NCBI GenBank assembly: GCA_951406725.2
Contig: OX597814.1
Coordinates: 126,790,001-126,854,000 of the forward strand
Source of the DNA: Octopus vulgaris
Taxonomy: Eukaryota
Direction of reading: 5' to 3'
Length of the DNA: 64,000 nucleotides
Under the pieces are notes generated by a model. The model ran no database searches. It had not been told where the DNA came from and was given only the letters and a program-made list of their open reading frames with translations. Shown piece after piece: positions 1-12,339 of the stretch (within the stretch, counting starts at the first letter, position 1; the number at the start of each line of letters is the position of its first letter). The translations under genes and the position numbers were made by a program.

Positions 1-29
1 AAAACCATATCAGCAGGCACTCGTTGGTT
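1..29 (-). CDS. ATP9B: ATP9-family P4-ATPase exon (partial, runs off window): NQRVPADMV(F/L), actuator domain
   Basis: Minus strand ...ctttcag|AAC CAA CGA GTG CCT GCT GAT ATG GTT TT. Acceptor AG at 30-31, phase 0 after ...TVEK. Matches the ATP9 NQR(V/I)P(A/S)DM motif that precedes DGET. Confidence 0.9.
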
Positions 30-210
30 CTGAAAGGAGAAAATGAAAATTAGCAAGTAAATTAAGGAATAACAATTTTGATTCTAGACAATATTGGGAG
101 TTATGAAATTTTCAACAACTGGACTTATCTAATTTTAATTAAATCTAAATTAGATTTTATTAACAAAACTACAAAATTGATTGAATGATATAAAAAGAAT
201 AACTATGCAT

Positions 211-795
211 AGGTGCAAGCATGGTTGTGTGGCTTTAAGCATGCTCTGAAACCACATGGTTTCAGGTTCAATCCCACTGGGCAAGTGCCTTCCACTATAG
301 CCTCAGGTTGACCAATTCTTCATGAGTAAATCTGGTAGACAGAAACTGTGTGGAAGCCTATCATGTATGTGTGTGCATCTGTGTCTGTCCTCTCAGCTTG
401 ACAACCAATGTTGGTTTGTTTACATCCCTGTGACTGAGTGGATTCAGCAAAAAAAGACTAATAGAATAATTACCAGACTTAAACCTTTATCATTCAGATT
501 AATTTATTAAATATAATGCTTATTTATCCTCATCTTTTAAAAATCAATCCTGTATTATCTCATAGCCTTGAGATTTTGATGATATGATTGTTTATTTTTA
601 GAATGGCATTGCAGGGTAGGTGTAAGAGGTTGGATCTGACCAGTTTCAACATAAAACTAGAAGAATATATAAGCCTGATATGGCTGATTTAAATGCTAAA
701 GAGTTAAATAAGTACTGGGTTCGATTTGGCGGACTAAACCCTTATGGGAAGTGCCCCAGCATGGCCACAGTCCACTGAGTGAAACAAGCAAAAGA
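211..795 (+). mobile_element. tRNA-derived SINE (family A), interrupted by a MITE at 483-703
   Basis: A/B-box-like head (TGGTTGTGTGG...GGTTCAATCCC), GGGCAAGTG core and 3' CAGCATGGCCACAGTC...GAAACAAG, shared with many copies. Confidence 0.8.
483..703. mobile_element. piggyBac-like MITE
   Basis: TTAA on both sides (479-482, 704-707). Imperfect TIRs ACCTTTATCATT / AATGCTAAAGAG. Splits a SINE. Confidence 0.55.
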
Positions 796-872
796 TATTT
801 CTAGTGTTGGAGACAAATGTATTTAGACTGTGTTGTAAGTGTAAATGAGAGAATATAAAAGATACTCTTTAC

Positions 873-1040
873 CTTTTCAACAGTTATTAAATCTCCAACT
901 TTTATATTGGAACTAGGGAGTAATTTCAACCCATCACGTGTAAGTTTTCCATACAGTTGTGAGTTGGCTTCTTTATCTCTTCGGTACCGCTGATAATCAT
1001 CGAAGCCTTCCCTCACCATTGTAACAAATATTACAAAGCA
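873..1040 (-). CDS. ATP9B: ATP9 exon, 168 nt: CFVIFVTMVREGFDDYQRYRRDKEANSQLYGKLTRDGLKLLPSSNIKVGDLITVEK (TM2 and start of A domain)
   Basis: Acceptor tag at 1041-1043, donor gtaaag at 872-867, phase 0/0, 56 codons. Typical P4-ATPase RE..DD..R..RD...N and VGD motifs. Confidence 0.96.
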
Positions 1041-1204
1041 CTATAAAAGAAAACAAGAAAATGTATTAAAATTTTACAAAACATTCCCTTCAGGGTCTGG
1101 AACAGTAAAAAACGAGAGGAACGAGCAATGTATCTTTTTATATATTAAAATATTTAGGGTAAAGAATTAGCAGAGATGGTATAGGATCAAGCTAAATGCT
1201 CATA

Positions 1205-1672
1205 AAGTACTTATCATCATCATCCTGGGCATGGATACATTGAAACTCCGACGTCTGGCAGCTGACTTGGCAGACACCCATAAAATTATTAACCATCTTA
1301 CAAACAATAGCTCTGAGTACCTTTTCAAACTCCACCTGTCTAACACCTGTGGACATGTTTACAAAGTCAGAAAACAGCACAGCTCTCATGACTTTTGGAA
1401 ACATTTTTTCATGCTAAGAGTTGCTGAAGCATGGAACAAACTGCCGGCATCAGTTGTTAGTTGTTGGAGCACTGCATCCTTCAAAACTTCCATGCTTCCT
1501 GAGATTCGCCAACACTACACCTGATTTTCTCTCCTCTATACACACGCAAGTATGTATCTGACTCATACACTGTTCACTTTCCAGACATTTGTACATTACT
1601 GCATATTTTTTATACGCACTTTTGACAAGTTGTGGTGCACCTGAGCACTGTATACAATAATTTCATTATTAT
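1205..1672 (+). mobile_element. 5'-truncated CR1-clade LINE (ORF2 C-terminus, 3' UTR, (ATT)n tail)
   Basis: ORF 1231-1524: TLKLRRLAADL...GHVYKVRK...FF.LRVAEAWNKLPASVV...FK. Other copies at 2400-2601 (-), 28636-28992 (+) and a diverged one at about 38700-39170 (-). Confidence 0.85.
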
Positions 1673-2399
1673 TTTATATCATCTAATATCCATTTTCCAT
1701 GCTGGCATCAATTGGATGATTTCACATGGTATGGCGAGCCATAAAGCCATGTTGAACTCCAGTGTCAGCTTTGGCATAGTTTCTATGTTGAGTACCATTT
1801 CAAATCCCAACCACTTTACAGTATGTACTGGGTACTTTTTTGTACCACTGGCATTAGTGAGGTCACCAAGTAAGGTACAAAACAAAAATAGAAGGGGAGA
1901 AAAGGCAAAAAGCCCCAATAAGTGGGGTATTTGGGAAGGGGAAGTGGCTTTAGGCCAGGTGCTGAAAGACTACAGTATGAAGGAAGGACAAGTGTCTTGC
2001 TACAGAAGGAATACATTATATAAAGGTGGATAGGTGGTAGTAGCCAGGAAGAAGATAAAGGTGGTGGTAGTAGTGATAAGGAGCCAGAGTAAGTTCAAAT
2101 CCCACAAAGATCAACATTGACTCTCATCCTTACAAAGTTAATACCAGTAATATCAGTATCAGTTCTTTCAATTGCACTCTTCTTTTCAAAAATAGTCTTG
2201 TACCAAAATAAGAAACCAATATTAAAATCTGTATGACAAGGTGATATCATGACTTATTTTACAAACAGAAATAAACCAACTGTCTTGAAACTAAACAGTG
2301 AATATCATTTGGAACAAACTATACAGTTTAATTTAACTTCAAGCCTAACTCACTAGGGGATACCTATACGAGATCAGCCAGCCTAATGATGGTAAACAT

Positions 2400-2601
2400 A
2401 TAATAATAATAATAATGAAATTATTGTATACAGTGCTCAGGTGCACTACAAAAGTGCATATAAAGCATATGCAGTAATGTACAATTGTCTGGGAAGTGAA
2501 CAGTGTATGAGTCAGATACATGCTTCCGTGTGTATGGAGGGGAGAAAATCAGGTGTAGTGTTGGTAAATCTCAGGAAGCATGGAAGTTTTGAAGGATGCA
2601 G
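2400..2601 (-). mobile_element. CR1 3'-end fragment, inverted relative to 1473-1672
   Basis: Reverse complement of the 3' UTR and tail of the 1205-1672 copy. Confidence 0.85.
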
Positions 2602-3280
2602 GAAACACAGAATGATGAATAGATCAAACATCAAAAAATAAATGATCTATCCAAAAAGTAGCAGAGATTGAAATGAATGGTTTTATATTGATTTTTTTTT
2701 TCTACCCTGACAATAGTAGAATGGTTCTTCACATCTCAGTGGTTAAATATGAACTTTTGATACAAGTTGTTCTATCTAGATATCATTTCCAACAATCAAT
2801 CAAGTAGGACATGACAGTGTGCTATCTACTTCACAGATGGTTAGGCTGAAATAAATTATTATCTTACATGGCAAGAGTTACAAGTGGGTCTCAACCAAAT
2901 AACCACTGTGTAAGTCATTGATGATATCATGACATTTATATAAACAAATAGCTATTTGCTGCTATAACAACCAACTGGATACAACATTTGTAGCTATGGT
3001 TACTAATTTCCTTCAATGATTTCTTTTTAATATGCTATTAACTCAACAGTAGTAACTTTGCATTGATAATGAACAGAGAACCTTAAGCAATTTAGATTAA
3101 TTTTAGAGTGGGTGTTAACATAAAACCAGTTTAATTTCTCTATGAATCTTAGACTCATGTTAATATTGAAAGACTGATATCAACTGTATTGGTTTCTCCT
3201 CCTCAGGGGTTTTAAACAATTTTACCAATACAGTGATGGCAGCTTAGAAAGAAAGAATAAAACAGTATAATTATACTCAC

Positions 3281-3394
3281 CAAAGGACCCCAGTATGTGT
3301 AGAGGTAACCAATACGGATTTCTGGTAGGAACTGGGAAATTGCCATTATAAGAAAATACAAATTCAAGAAAAAATTGAACTGTTCATATAATAC
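3281..3394 (-). CDS. ATP9B: ATP9 exon, 114 nt: [38 protein letters not shown] (TM1)
   Basis: ttttttgtag acceptor, gtgagt donor, phase 0/0. The [13 protein letters not shown] and GYLYTYW.PL motifs are diagnostic of ATP9/Neo1. Confidence 0.97.
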
Positions 3395-3554
3395 CTACAA
3401 AAAAAGAGTAAAGTTTCAGGAAAAGATTTCATGAGAAAGCAATTTATCATTAAAATATTCTATTGTAGAAATATTGGTCTTAACTGACAAGAAAAATTGG
3501 TCTTAACTGACTACTCAACATAAAAAAAAATCAAATGGAAATTATAGTTGTGAT

Positions 3555-3812
3555 ACCTGTGCCGGTGGCACGTAAAAAGCATCATCCATACATGGCCGAT
3601 GCCAGTGCTGCCTTGACTGGCTTCTGTGCTGGTGGCACATAAAAAGCACCCACCACACTCACGGAGTGGTTTGCGTGAAGAAGGGCATCCAGCTGTAGAA
3701 ACACTGCCAGATCAGACTGGAGCCTGGTGCAGCCTCCTGGCTTCCCAGACCCCAGTCAAACCATCCAACCCATGCTAGCATGAAAAACAGACGTTAAATG
3801 ATGATGATGACG
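3555..3812 (+). mobile_element. RTE-LINE 3'-tail repeat/SINE (family C) ending in (GAT)n
   Basis: GGTGGCACGTAAAAAGCA...GAAGGGCATCCAGCTGTAGAAA...GACGTTAAATGATGATGAT. Copies also at about 7460-7675+, 12350-12452+, 28163-28410-, 30525-30897+, 36888-37200-, 43380-43570+, 47425-47730- and 57052-57260-. Confidence 0.8.
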
Positions 3813-4395
3813 ATTCACGTATTTAACAATGTGTTTGCAATGTTTCAACTATATAATCAATACCTTAATTGAAACCCTACAAGACATTTCAAGATGTCCA
3901 AAAATGCCATTATCACCTACTCCTACTTTGGCTACCTCCACTATTATCTCATATCCATACCACCTCACCCACTTCTACTATAGCTATATACACTATCATC
4001 ACATACCACCATCACCTAGTCCTGCTACCAACCAGTACCATCACATTTCCTATCTCTACTGCCATAAAAGAAATGAAATGTTCCTAGTTTGAATTGCATT
4101 TAATCATGGGTCTAGTCAATCAGACCTACCTAGGATTTAAACAGCAGCAACTACCATGGTCTCTGCAAGAGATAGTACCCAAATCTCTCCCAAATCATAT
4201 CTCAAAAATAAACAACACCTTGGATAATGTAGTCCTAGATACTTCAAAAAGACAAAATAGTTGATCATCAGTCTATTAAAACAGGGTTGACTCAGAGCTA
4301 ACAACTGCTATTGAAGACCTCCTCCTGTACACTATCATCTCACTCTTATAATAGTACTGATATTTCCAAAAGAGGATCATAGTATTATTTCTTAC

Positions 4396-4546
4396 CTTTG
4401 GTATGAAACTAAATACACTATACTTCTGATTTCTGATCACATTCTTGGAGTACTTCTCCAGTGGGCCCCTCGATAAACCTATATGTATAATACGGGGCTG
4501 TAACTCTTTCTTCCTGCAACATTTTGAAAATAAAGATGCTAAACAC
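4396..4546 (-). CDS. ATP9B: ATP9 exon, 151 nt: (G)CLASLFSKCCRKKELQPRIIHIGLSRGPLEKYSKNVIRNQKYSVFSFIPK
   Basis: tttcag acceptor, gtaaga donor, phase 2/0. Has the N.I.NQKY..F.F.P motif and CRKKEL.R, as in ATP9B. Confidence 0.96.
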
Positions 4547-4789
4547 CTGAAATAGAAAACAAAAACAAAGAGTCAATTAGCAGTAATTAAACAAAGTTAT
4601 AACTCACTTTTATCACTTTTTATTGTTTCAGTCATTGACAGTGGACATGCTGGGGAAAAAACCTTAAAGGGTTTATTTATTTGAACAAGTCACCCTTAGT
4701 ACAGTAATCCCTCAACTATCGTGGGAGTTATTTTCTAAAACCTCCCACGATAGGTGAAAATCCGCGAAATAGAAAGTACTGTACTCTCT

Positions 4790-4991
4790 CTTTTAATTGT
4801 TTGTCATTTTGACTGTGGCCATGCTGGAGCACCGCCTTTAGTCAAGCAAATCAACCCCAGGTCTTATTCTTTGTAAGCCTAGTACTTATTCTATCAGTCT
4901 CTTTTGCCGAACCGCTAAGTTACGGGAAGGTAAACACATCAGTATTGGTTGTCAAGCAATGTTGGGGACACACACACACACACACACAAAC

Positions 4992-5024
<33 letters not shown>

Positions 5025-5208
5025 TATATACATATATATATACACGACGGGCTTCTTTCAGTTTCCGTCTACCAGATCCACTCACAAGGCTTTGGTTGGC
5101 CCGAAGCTATAGTAGAAGACACTTGCCCAAGATACCACGCAGTGGGACTGAACCCGGAACCATGTGGTTGGTAAGCAAGCTACTTACCACACAGCCACTC
5201 CTGCACCT
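4790..5208 (-). mobile_element. Young family-A SINE with internal (TA)/(CA) microsatellite
   Basis: Near-consensus copy. Related copies at 7760-8020-, 16400-16792-, 43050-43370-, 43920-44300-, 50558-50915+, 61292-61680+ and 39864-40140+ (deleted). Confidence 0.9.
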
Positions 5209-5554
5209 ATTGTATTGTATATATTTTTTATAATTTGTATATACTTCATTATAAATGCAAAACAATACCACACACTCACCTCCTGAGTTTCGTTTTACAT
5301 ACAGTATGTGTGATTCTTTGTTTACTCATTTACGGTACATTACATATTTTCATTTAATATATTTTAATTAATTTGTTATATGATGCAGTACTGTACTGTA
5401 TTTCTATTTATTAATTTATAGGTGTGAAAATGTTTATTTTACTACAGAAATAATTAAAATCTAAACAAATATAAATAGCTATCAGCCACAGAAACCCATG
5501 ATATACTGAGGAGTCCACAATATAAATTTACATATATTAGCCAGAAAAATCCAC

Positions 5555-5925
5555 AATGTACTAAGTGAGCGATGGGTGAACCATGATGTACTGAGTGCAC
5601 AATGGTTGAACCACGATGTACTGAGTGTGTAATGGGTGGACCGTGATGTGATGTACTGAGTGTGCAATGAGTGGACTGCAATGTACTAAGTGTGCAATGG
5701 GTGAACTGTGATGTACTGAGTGCACAATGGGTGAACTGCAATGTACTGAATGCACAATGGGTGAACTGTGATGTACTGAGTGCGCAATGGGTGAACCGCG
5801 ATGTGATGTACTGAGTGCGCAATGGGTGAACTGTGATGTACTGAGTGCACAATGGGTGAACTGCAATGTACTGAATGCACAATGGGTGAACTGTGATGTA
5901 CTGAGTGCACGATAGGTGAACCATG
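5555..5925. repeat. 30-bp minisatellite, about 12 units (GATGTACTGAGTGCACAATGGGTGAACTGT)
   Basis: Directly visible tandem units. Explains the repetitive ORFs at 5454-5924. Confidence 0.95.
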
Positions 5926-6439
5926 ATATGGCGAGGGATTATTGTACTTATCTTTAAGTCTTACTTATTCTATCGATCTCTTTTGCTAAACCGCTAAGTT
6001 ATGAGGATGTAAACCAACACCTGTTGTCAAGTGGTGGTGGGAAACAAACACACATATTCACACACAAGCAAAACAGGCATCCACACAGTCTTTACCTACC
6101 AAATTCCTTCACAAAGGATTATTCAAACCCCAGGGCTATAACATAAGACACTTGTTCAAGGTGTTACACAGTGGAACTGAACCCAAAACCATGTGGTTGC
6201 AAAATGAACTTCTTAATCACACAGCTATACCTGTGTCTTAACAATACAAAAAAAAATGGTAAAACTTGTGTTGAAAATGTTGTTTAAATTTGATTGTTGT
6301 TTTAAGAATAATGTATAAGAAAGAACAAACCCATGTTTGTCTCTTGAATATAGATTTTGATGAAAGAATTTTATCTGAAACGATGTGTTAAAGCAGTACA
6401 GGTATTCTACCAAACACAATAATACGGCTATGAAAACTT

Positions 6440-7410
6440 GGGGATAAGAGGCATTAGAAGTAGTGTGCAAGAGGGAAGACTGCACTGATATGGTCATGTG
6501 ATGCATATGGATGAAGACAGCTGCACAATGACGTGCTGAACTCTAAATGCAGAGAGAATCAGTGAAAGAGGAAAATCTAGAAAGACATGGGACAAGGTTG
6601 TGAGAAATGATTTTGAGATACTGAGCCTCAGAGAGATGACAAAGGACCAAGACTATTGGTAATGTGCTGTACTTGAGAAGACTTGTCCAGCAAAGTAAAA
6701 ATGATGCCATATAGGCATGTCCTTTATGTCCATGCCCCTGCACACAATCTGTCCCAGACAAACCTCTCCCCAACATCCCATCTTCTTAACACTTCCCCAA
6801 CTCACCCAAGTTCACCACTTGCTGTATTCCCCTCTGCTCTATCTCCCATTCTCCCTCATGGATCTAACTGCAGGCACTATGTCCCTGCTGAATCTCCTCC
6901 AAACAGGCCCTTCATCTATCTGTACCCACTCACTACATTCCCCATTTCTATCTCCCGGTCTCCTTTTGCAATTTCATGAACTTACCCACCCCTTCACTCT
7001 ACCCAATCTCTGGTTTACTTCATTATATACACCTCCCTTTAACTTGGCTGTATGCCCCATCACAGCTTTACTACCTTATCTCTCTCCTCTCTTGTAAGGC
7101 ACCTATTCCTGTCCCTCTTTTCATACTCTAACTTCTCATCACTTGGCACAAAGTCATCTTCCTCAATACTTTTCACTCCTCAGTTGTTGGGGGTCATGTC
7201 TTGCAAGTTACTTGGTGACCTCACTGCTGCTGGTACCACATAAAACCATCCACTACACTCTATAAAGTTGTTAGCATCATGAAGGGCACCCAACCATAGA
7301 AATCATGCCAAAGCAGATAGTAGAGCTTGGTGAAGTCTTCTGATTTTCCAGCTCCTGTCAAACTGTCCAACCCATGCAAGCATGGAAAATGGATGTTAAA
7401 TGATGATGAG
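6440..7410 (+). mobile_element. RTE-clade LINE 3' end (decayed ORF2 end, pyrimidine-rich UTR, family-C tail)
   Basis: Decayed VQ.GRLH.YGHVMHMDED...RGKSRKTW.KV motif followed by the family-C tail. Confidence 0.7.
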
Positions 7411-7835
7411 AAGGAGAGGGATGAATCATTACAATGTCAATATACATTAGGGAGTAAAGAATCATGGCCGATGCCAGTGCCGCTCGACTGGCTCCTGTGC
7501 TGGTGGCATGTAAAAAGCACCCGCTACACTCTTGGAGTGGTTGGATTAGGAAGAGCATCCAACTGTAGAAACCTTGCCAGATCATATTGGAGCCTGGTGC
7601 AACCTCCTGGCTTGCCAGTTCCCAGTCAAACCATTCAACCCATGCCAACATGGAAAGCAGTCGTTTGATGATGATGATTGCTCCTACTGCTAAATGTAAT
7701 TAGCAGTAGGAGCAATAATCAGCATGGAAAACGAACGTTAAATGATGATGATGACATAAGGCTGGAAAAACACCACTTGTAGGATGGTAACACTTGCTTA
7801 CAACCATTAAGCAATGTCAAGGTAAGGAGTCAGGG

Positions 7836-7878
<43 letters not shown>

Positions 7879-10800
7879 GGGCTTCTTTCAGTTTCTGCCT
7901 ACCAAATCCACTCCTAAGGCTTTAGTTGGTTCAAAGTTATAGCAGAAGACACTTCCCCCAAAGTGTCACATAGTGGGACTGAACCTGAAACCATTGGTTG
8001 GGAAGCAAACTTCTTATGCACAACCAATAAGCTGACATGGGTAGATTTGCTGAAGCAGGTTACACATAGTGGATCATAATACTTTACAAGACAGCATGTT
8101 ACTATTTTAAAACTAGGTCTACTGGTTGGTTTGGGAACTACTTAAAAAATTTGGCAGGACAACAATATGCTATTTCCCATTTTATTTGAAAATTTATATC
8201 AATGATATTTTTGGTCGATCATTAAAATTTTTAGACAATTCAGATGAATTCTACTATGCAATATTCTTCAATATTTTCATTCATATTGTATTATGAATGC
8301 ACAATCTTAGAAACACAAATCCCAGAGGCACAATAAATTTCTATGGAATTAAGTAACTTCATACATTAATTTACCAATGTTGTTCGTTTAAAGTGATGCA
8401 TAATTAAGAAGAGCCACTGACATGAAATTCCATGAACTTTTTCTTCCCACTGAAATTTATTGCACCGTTGATCATCTATTGCTGATTACATCATGCAAAC
8501 AACTGCTAACAGCACTATTAATTATATGTTCTGAACATGTTGCTCAAGCAATTATTACACCTGCATGTTAATATTTTAAGATATTTTCTTCATAAATCCA
8601 ATATAAAATTTCAATGTTGTTTAGAATTAATTCTCAATTCAAAATATTTTGATTATTATAAATAATTAATATAGTGAAACGACATTTGCACATATTATGT
8701 AATGACTGAATCCAGGATTCAGCAAAAGTTTTCCTTTAGGGAAAAGTCTTTACCATTGCAGTGTGACAAGTGTTGTTTATTAATAAATTTACACTAGCAC
8801 TAACATGCTATCTTAAAGATAGAATGATAAATTTTTTCAATGTATCCCTCTTTATTTAAAGACAGTAAGAGTATAAACTGAGAAATTTTTAGCTGATCTT
8901 TCTAGCACATTTAGTGACCACATAGAGGCACTCTCATATATGATAAAGTAAACCAGAAATTGTGAGCAGCAGTTATTCAGAAGTGGCAACTATTTTTAAA
9001 TAAATCCCAATTATTCCAAATCTGTATCCACTAATATTCTGAGCAAATGATCAAAGTATAAAATAAAGAGGTTTTAAAAATCCTGTCTAATGGATCCCAA
9101 GAACAGAAATAAAACACTATTGCAATAAAATTTAATGTAAAGTGCACAATCCTGAAATACGAATTCACAAAACTAGTTTTAATAATCCATACTTCTACAG
9201 CTAAACAACAAAAATAGTGTTGTAGGGTTAGGGTTAGCAGTTTTCCAGAGGCAAAATAACAAAATTACATCTGTAGATGTCATTTATGGTGGAAAGCTGG
9301 CAGAATTGTTAGCACATTAGACAAAATGCCATCACACATTATGATCCGTGTTCAAATGTTTGGAGACAGTAAAATAAAGTGCCAGTTAAGTACTAGGGTT
9401 AATGTAATTGACTTTATTCCCCCTTTAAAAATTGCTAGCCTTGGTCACTTAGAATTTAATAAGAGTTCAATCATCATCAATTGTAGCTAATTTGAAACTA
9501 CATAGAATAAAATGCACATCACATAATGTTATTGCTCCATCTTTACTTAAAGAACAAATTAAAGACATAATAGTCAGTTGTCCTTGGTTTTAAACAGATA
9601 TTGCTGGTGAAAAGCATCTATTTCTGTGAGTTGGATATTACAATAAACAACAAAATATAGCTGTATCATAGATTTTAGGATTAATTCCCATTATAAAAAC
9701 TCCTGATGAAATATTCAATGTAAAAGTTCTCAGGTGGTGTGGCAACTGATATTAAAAACTGTTTTGTTATTGCAACAAACAAACCTTCAAACCTTAGTGA
9801 CATTAATAATTCTCAGCACATTCATGAAATTAGATAATGCAAACTTGATTCTCTTAAAATGCTGAAAAGGATCAACAAAGAAGCCACTACAGGGTTGCTG
9901 GACTTGTTAATAATAGCAGCCAAAATAAAGGTTACATAAGATAATATAGACCTAGACACGCTGTCTGGGCAGAAGTAAAGATAGTGTTATTACAACCAGA
10001 ATGCCTCTGAGCATAGATCTAGTCAATGAGAGTTAACAATAAACAATAACAAGACAAACTAACAAGAAAACTGAAGTCAACAATGATATCCCTACATATT
10101 TGACCTGCTAGAAATAGCAACGAAATCTCATTCAAATCAAATTTACTATCTTAAAAAAAGGACATAAAATGTAGCCCTATATACTGCTAAAAGAAAAAAA
10201 ACAGACTTGTTGGATGCATGCATTTTATCAAAGGTCTGGTCAATTAGGATTAACCTAGGGTTAAACAGCAACAAACAGGTAGAAAAAGGAAATTCAAGGT
10301 GTGTTGAAAATATGGAGATATGAAAGTTATATCACTGCAACATAATATTACATAATAAAATGGTGATAATTGTACTATCCTGGCCCACCATGAAACCGAA
10401 TAAGAATTCTAAGATGCAAGAACATAAAAATAGTACTTGTATATACACTTTAGCAGTGATGAAATATGCAAAAATAATCAACCATATCAATCACATTAAA
10501 ATAATTATTTGAGGATGATGATAGTAATTGTTATTAATATTAGGGTAGTTAATGACAAAATCAATGATTAGTTTCACTCTTTTAGATTCTGGGTTCAAAT
10601 CCCACTGGTGTAAACTTTGTCTTTCATCCTTTCAGGGATCAATAAGATAAGGTATCAGTCAAGTACTGAAGTAAATTCAATCAACTAACCCTTCACCTCG
10701 ATATTACAGGTCATTTACCTAAATCAGAAACAAAGTAAGAAACAGTTAAGATGAGGTATTTAGTTTCACGCTTTCACATCCCAAGTTCAAACCTCACAAA

Positions 10801-11419
10801 AGTCATCATTGTCTTGTATTTCTCTGGATGATAAAACAAGTTCCAGAAATGCATATTTGGTTAATTAAAAAAAAAACCATACTACATTCTGTAAATATGT
10901 GACATTGTACCAAAGTTAGAATCAATCTCTTCTAAACAACAATGATATTGAAAATATCATTGTTATTAGTCTGAGATTAATAAAATACCTGTAATATACT
11001 AGTGTCAATTTAACTGACTGCACCTTACCTTAAAATGTGGCCTTATGCCAATTTAAGAGGAAATAAGATAAAGCAGCAGTCAAATGCTGAGGTAGTTATT
11101 ATCAACAGCTCCCCTCCAACTAAATTTGTAGCCTTGCAACACTTCTACTGTGGAAGACCTTGAGTATAGCAAGGCACCAGATATCTCATGTGGAATTCCT
11201 ACTTACTGCATTTCTGTTTATCAAACCTGGTAACTTTCCAGATGGCAATAAAGTCCTGTCTGCTTTCTGGGCAACAAAAACTTGTCTTTTCTAGATTTAC
11301 TTTGAGCAAAATCTGGAATTAATAATTCCAGATTTTGCTTCCATATTTAGAACTTCCCAAAAATGTTCAATAGATTCACTTGTGAGAAATGGTCATAAAT
11401 TCTTCTCCTGTGGCCTAGA

Positions 11420-11620
11420 AAACAAATATGCTAAATTCTTCACTGAACTTAATTTCTAACTTCTTACATTACTGACAACATCTCTGTTCATGGCTTGTGT
11501 AGACTTCAGAATACATTTATTTATACCTAATTTTCTTAGTATCCCCCAAACTGCTAAATGTGGTACACTGTCAAAGTTACCTTTATGTCGATGAATGCTT
11601 ACTAATAGTCTCAGTTTAAC
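11420..11620 (-). mobile_element. Decayed RTE reverse-transcriptase fragment
   Basis: Minus strand AFID...WGILRKLGINKCILKSTQAM, like RTE FVDLEKAFD..W.LRKLG. Confidence 0.5.
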
Positions 11621-12298
11621 TATTCACCACTGACCCTTTAGTTTTACTTCAATCACACTTATACCCCATACAATTCATCACTTCAGAGACATAGTATAAC
11701 TCAAAGAACAGATCACTGGGCCATACCTTGTCATTCAACTGACCACCTGTGAGTTAACAGAGCCAATACCTGAACTAGTAGAAAAAGCAGCCTAACATCT
11801 TAGAAAGGAAGAACACATTGTAAGTAGTAACCCTGGATATACACAAAGATGGAATAATAACAGCTGGACTGCATTTGCTTAAGTTTACCAGATCAGGACT
11901 GACTTGAATTAATTTACAACTTGTATGCTATAAGGTTTGCTCAAACAGGGTTGATGTGGGACTGCATAACATAACAACTGTGTTATCATTCTGAAGAGAG
12001 TGTGTACTTATTGTTCTTTGTAGTCTCATATTTTATGTATACATTATACATCCAATCAACCTCACCCAACCTAATCTACATTGTGACAATATTAACTTCA
12101 AAAGACCAAAGTTACTGTTGCACAAGGTTGTGGGAATTTATTAACGTTTTATATAAATGTCATGTTTGCAGTACACTGCTATTTATGTGCATGATTGCTT
12201 ACAAAATAATTTACACAAACAAATCAAACCTAAGTTTCATATCCACTTTCCAATGAAGCAATAGGAAGAATAGTAGAAAATTATTTGTCCACAAACAA

Positions 12299-12339
<41 letters not shown>

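Larger units (their letters stand above)
4702..5944. mobile_element. pogo/Tigger-like MITE containing a SINE and a 30-bp array, inserted in an older SINE
   Basis: TA|CAGTAATCCCTCAACTATCGTGG ... CCATGATATGGCGAGGGATTATTG|TA. The host SINE is at about 4610-4700 and resumes at 5946-6232. Confidence 0.8.

Noticed and set aside
5454-5924. 156-aa and overlapping His/Thr-rich repetitive ORFs
   Set aside because: Translations of a 30-bp minisatellite inside a MITE, open in several frames.
5555-5925. CRISPR-like regular repeats
   Set aside because: Contiguous units without unique spacers, no cas genes, eukaryotic context.
9222-9238. Telomere-like TAGGGTTAGGGTTAG (also TAACCCTAACCCTAA near 19725)
   Set aside because: Only about 2.5 units, too short for an interstitial telomere.
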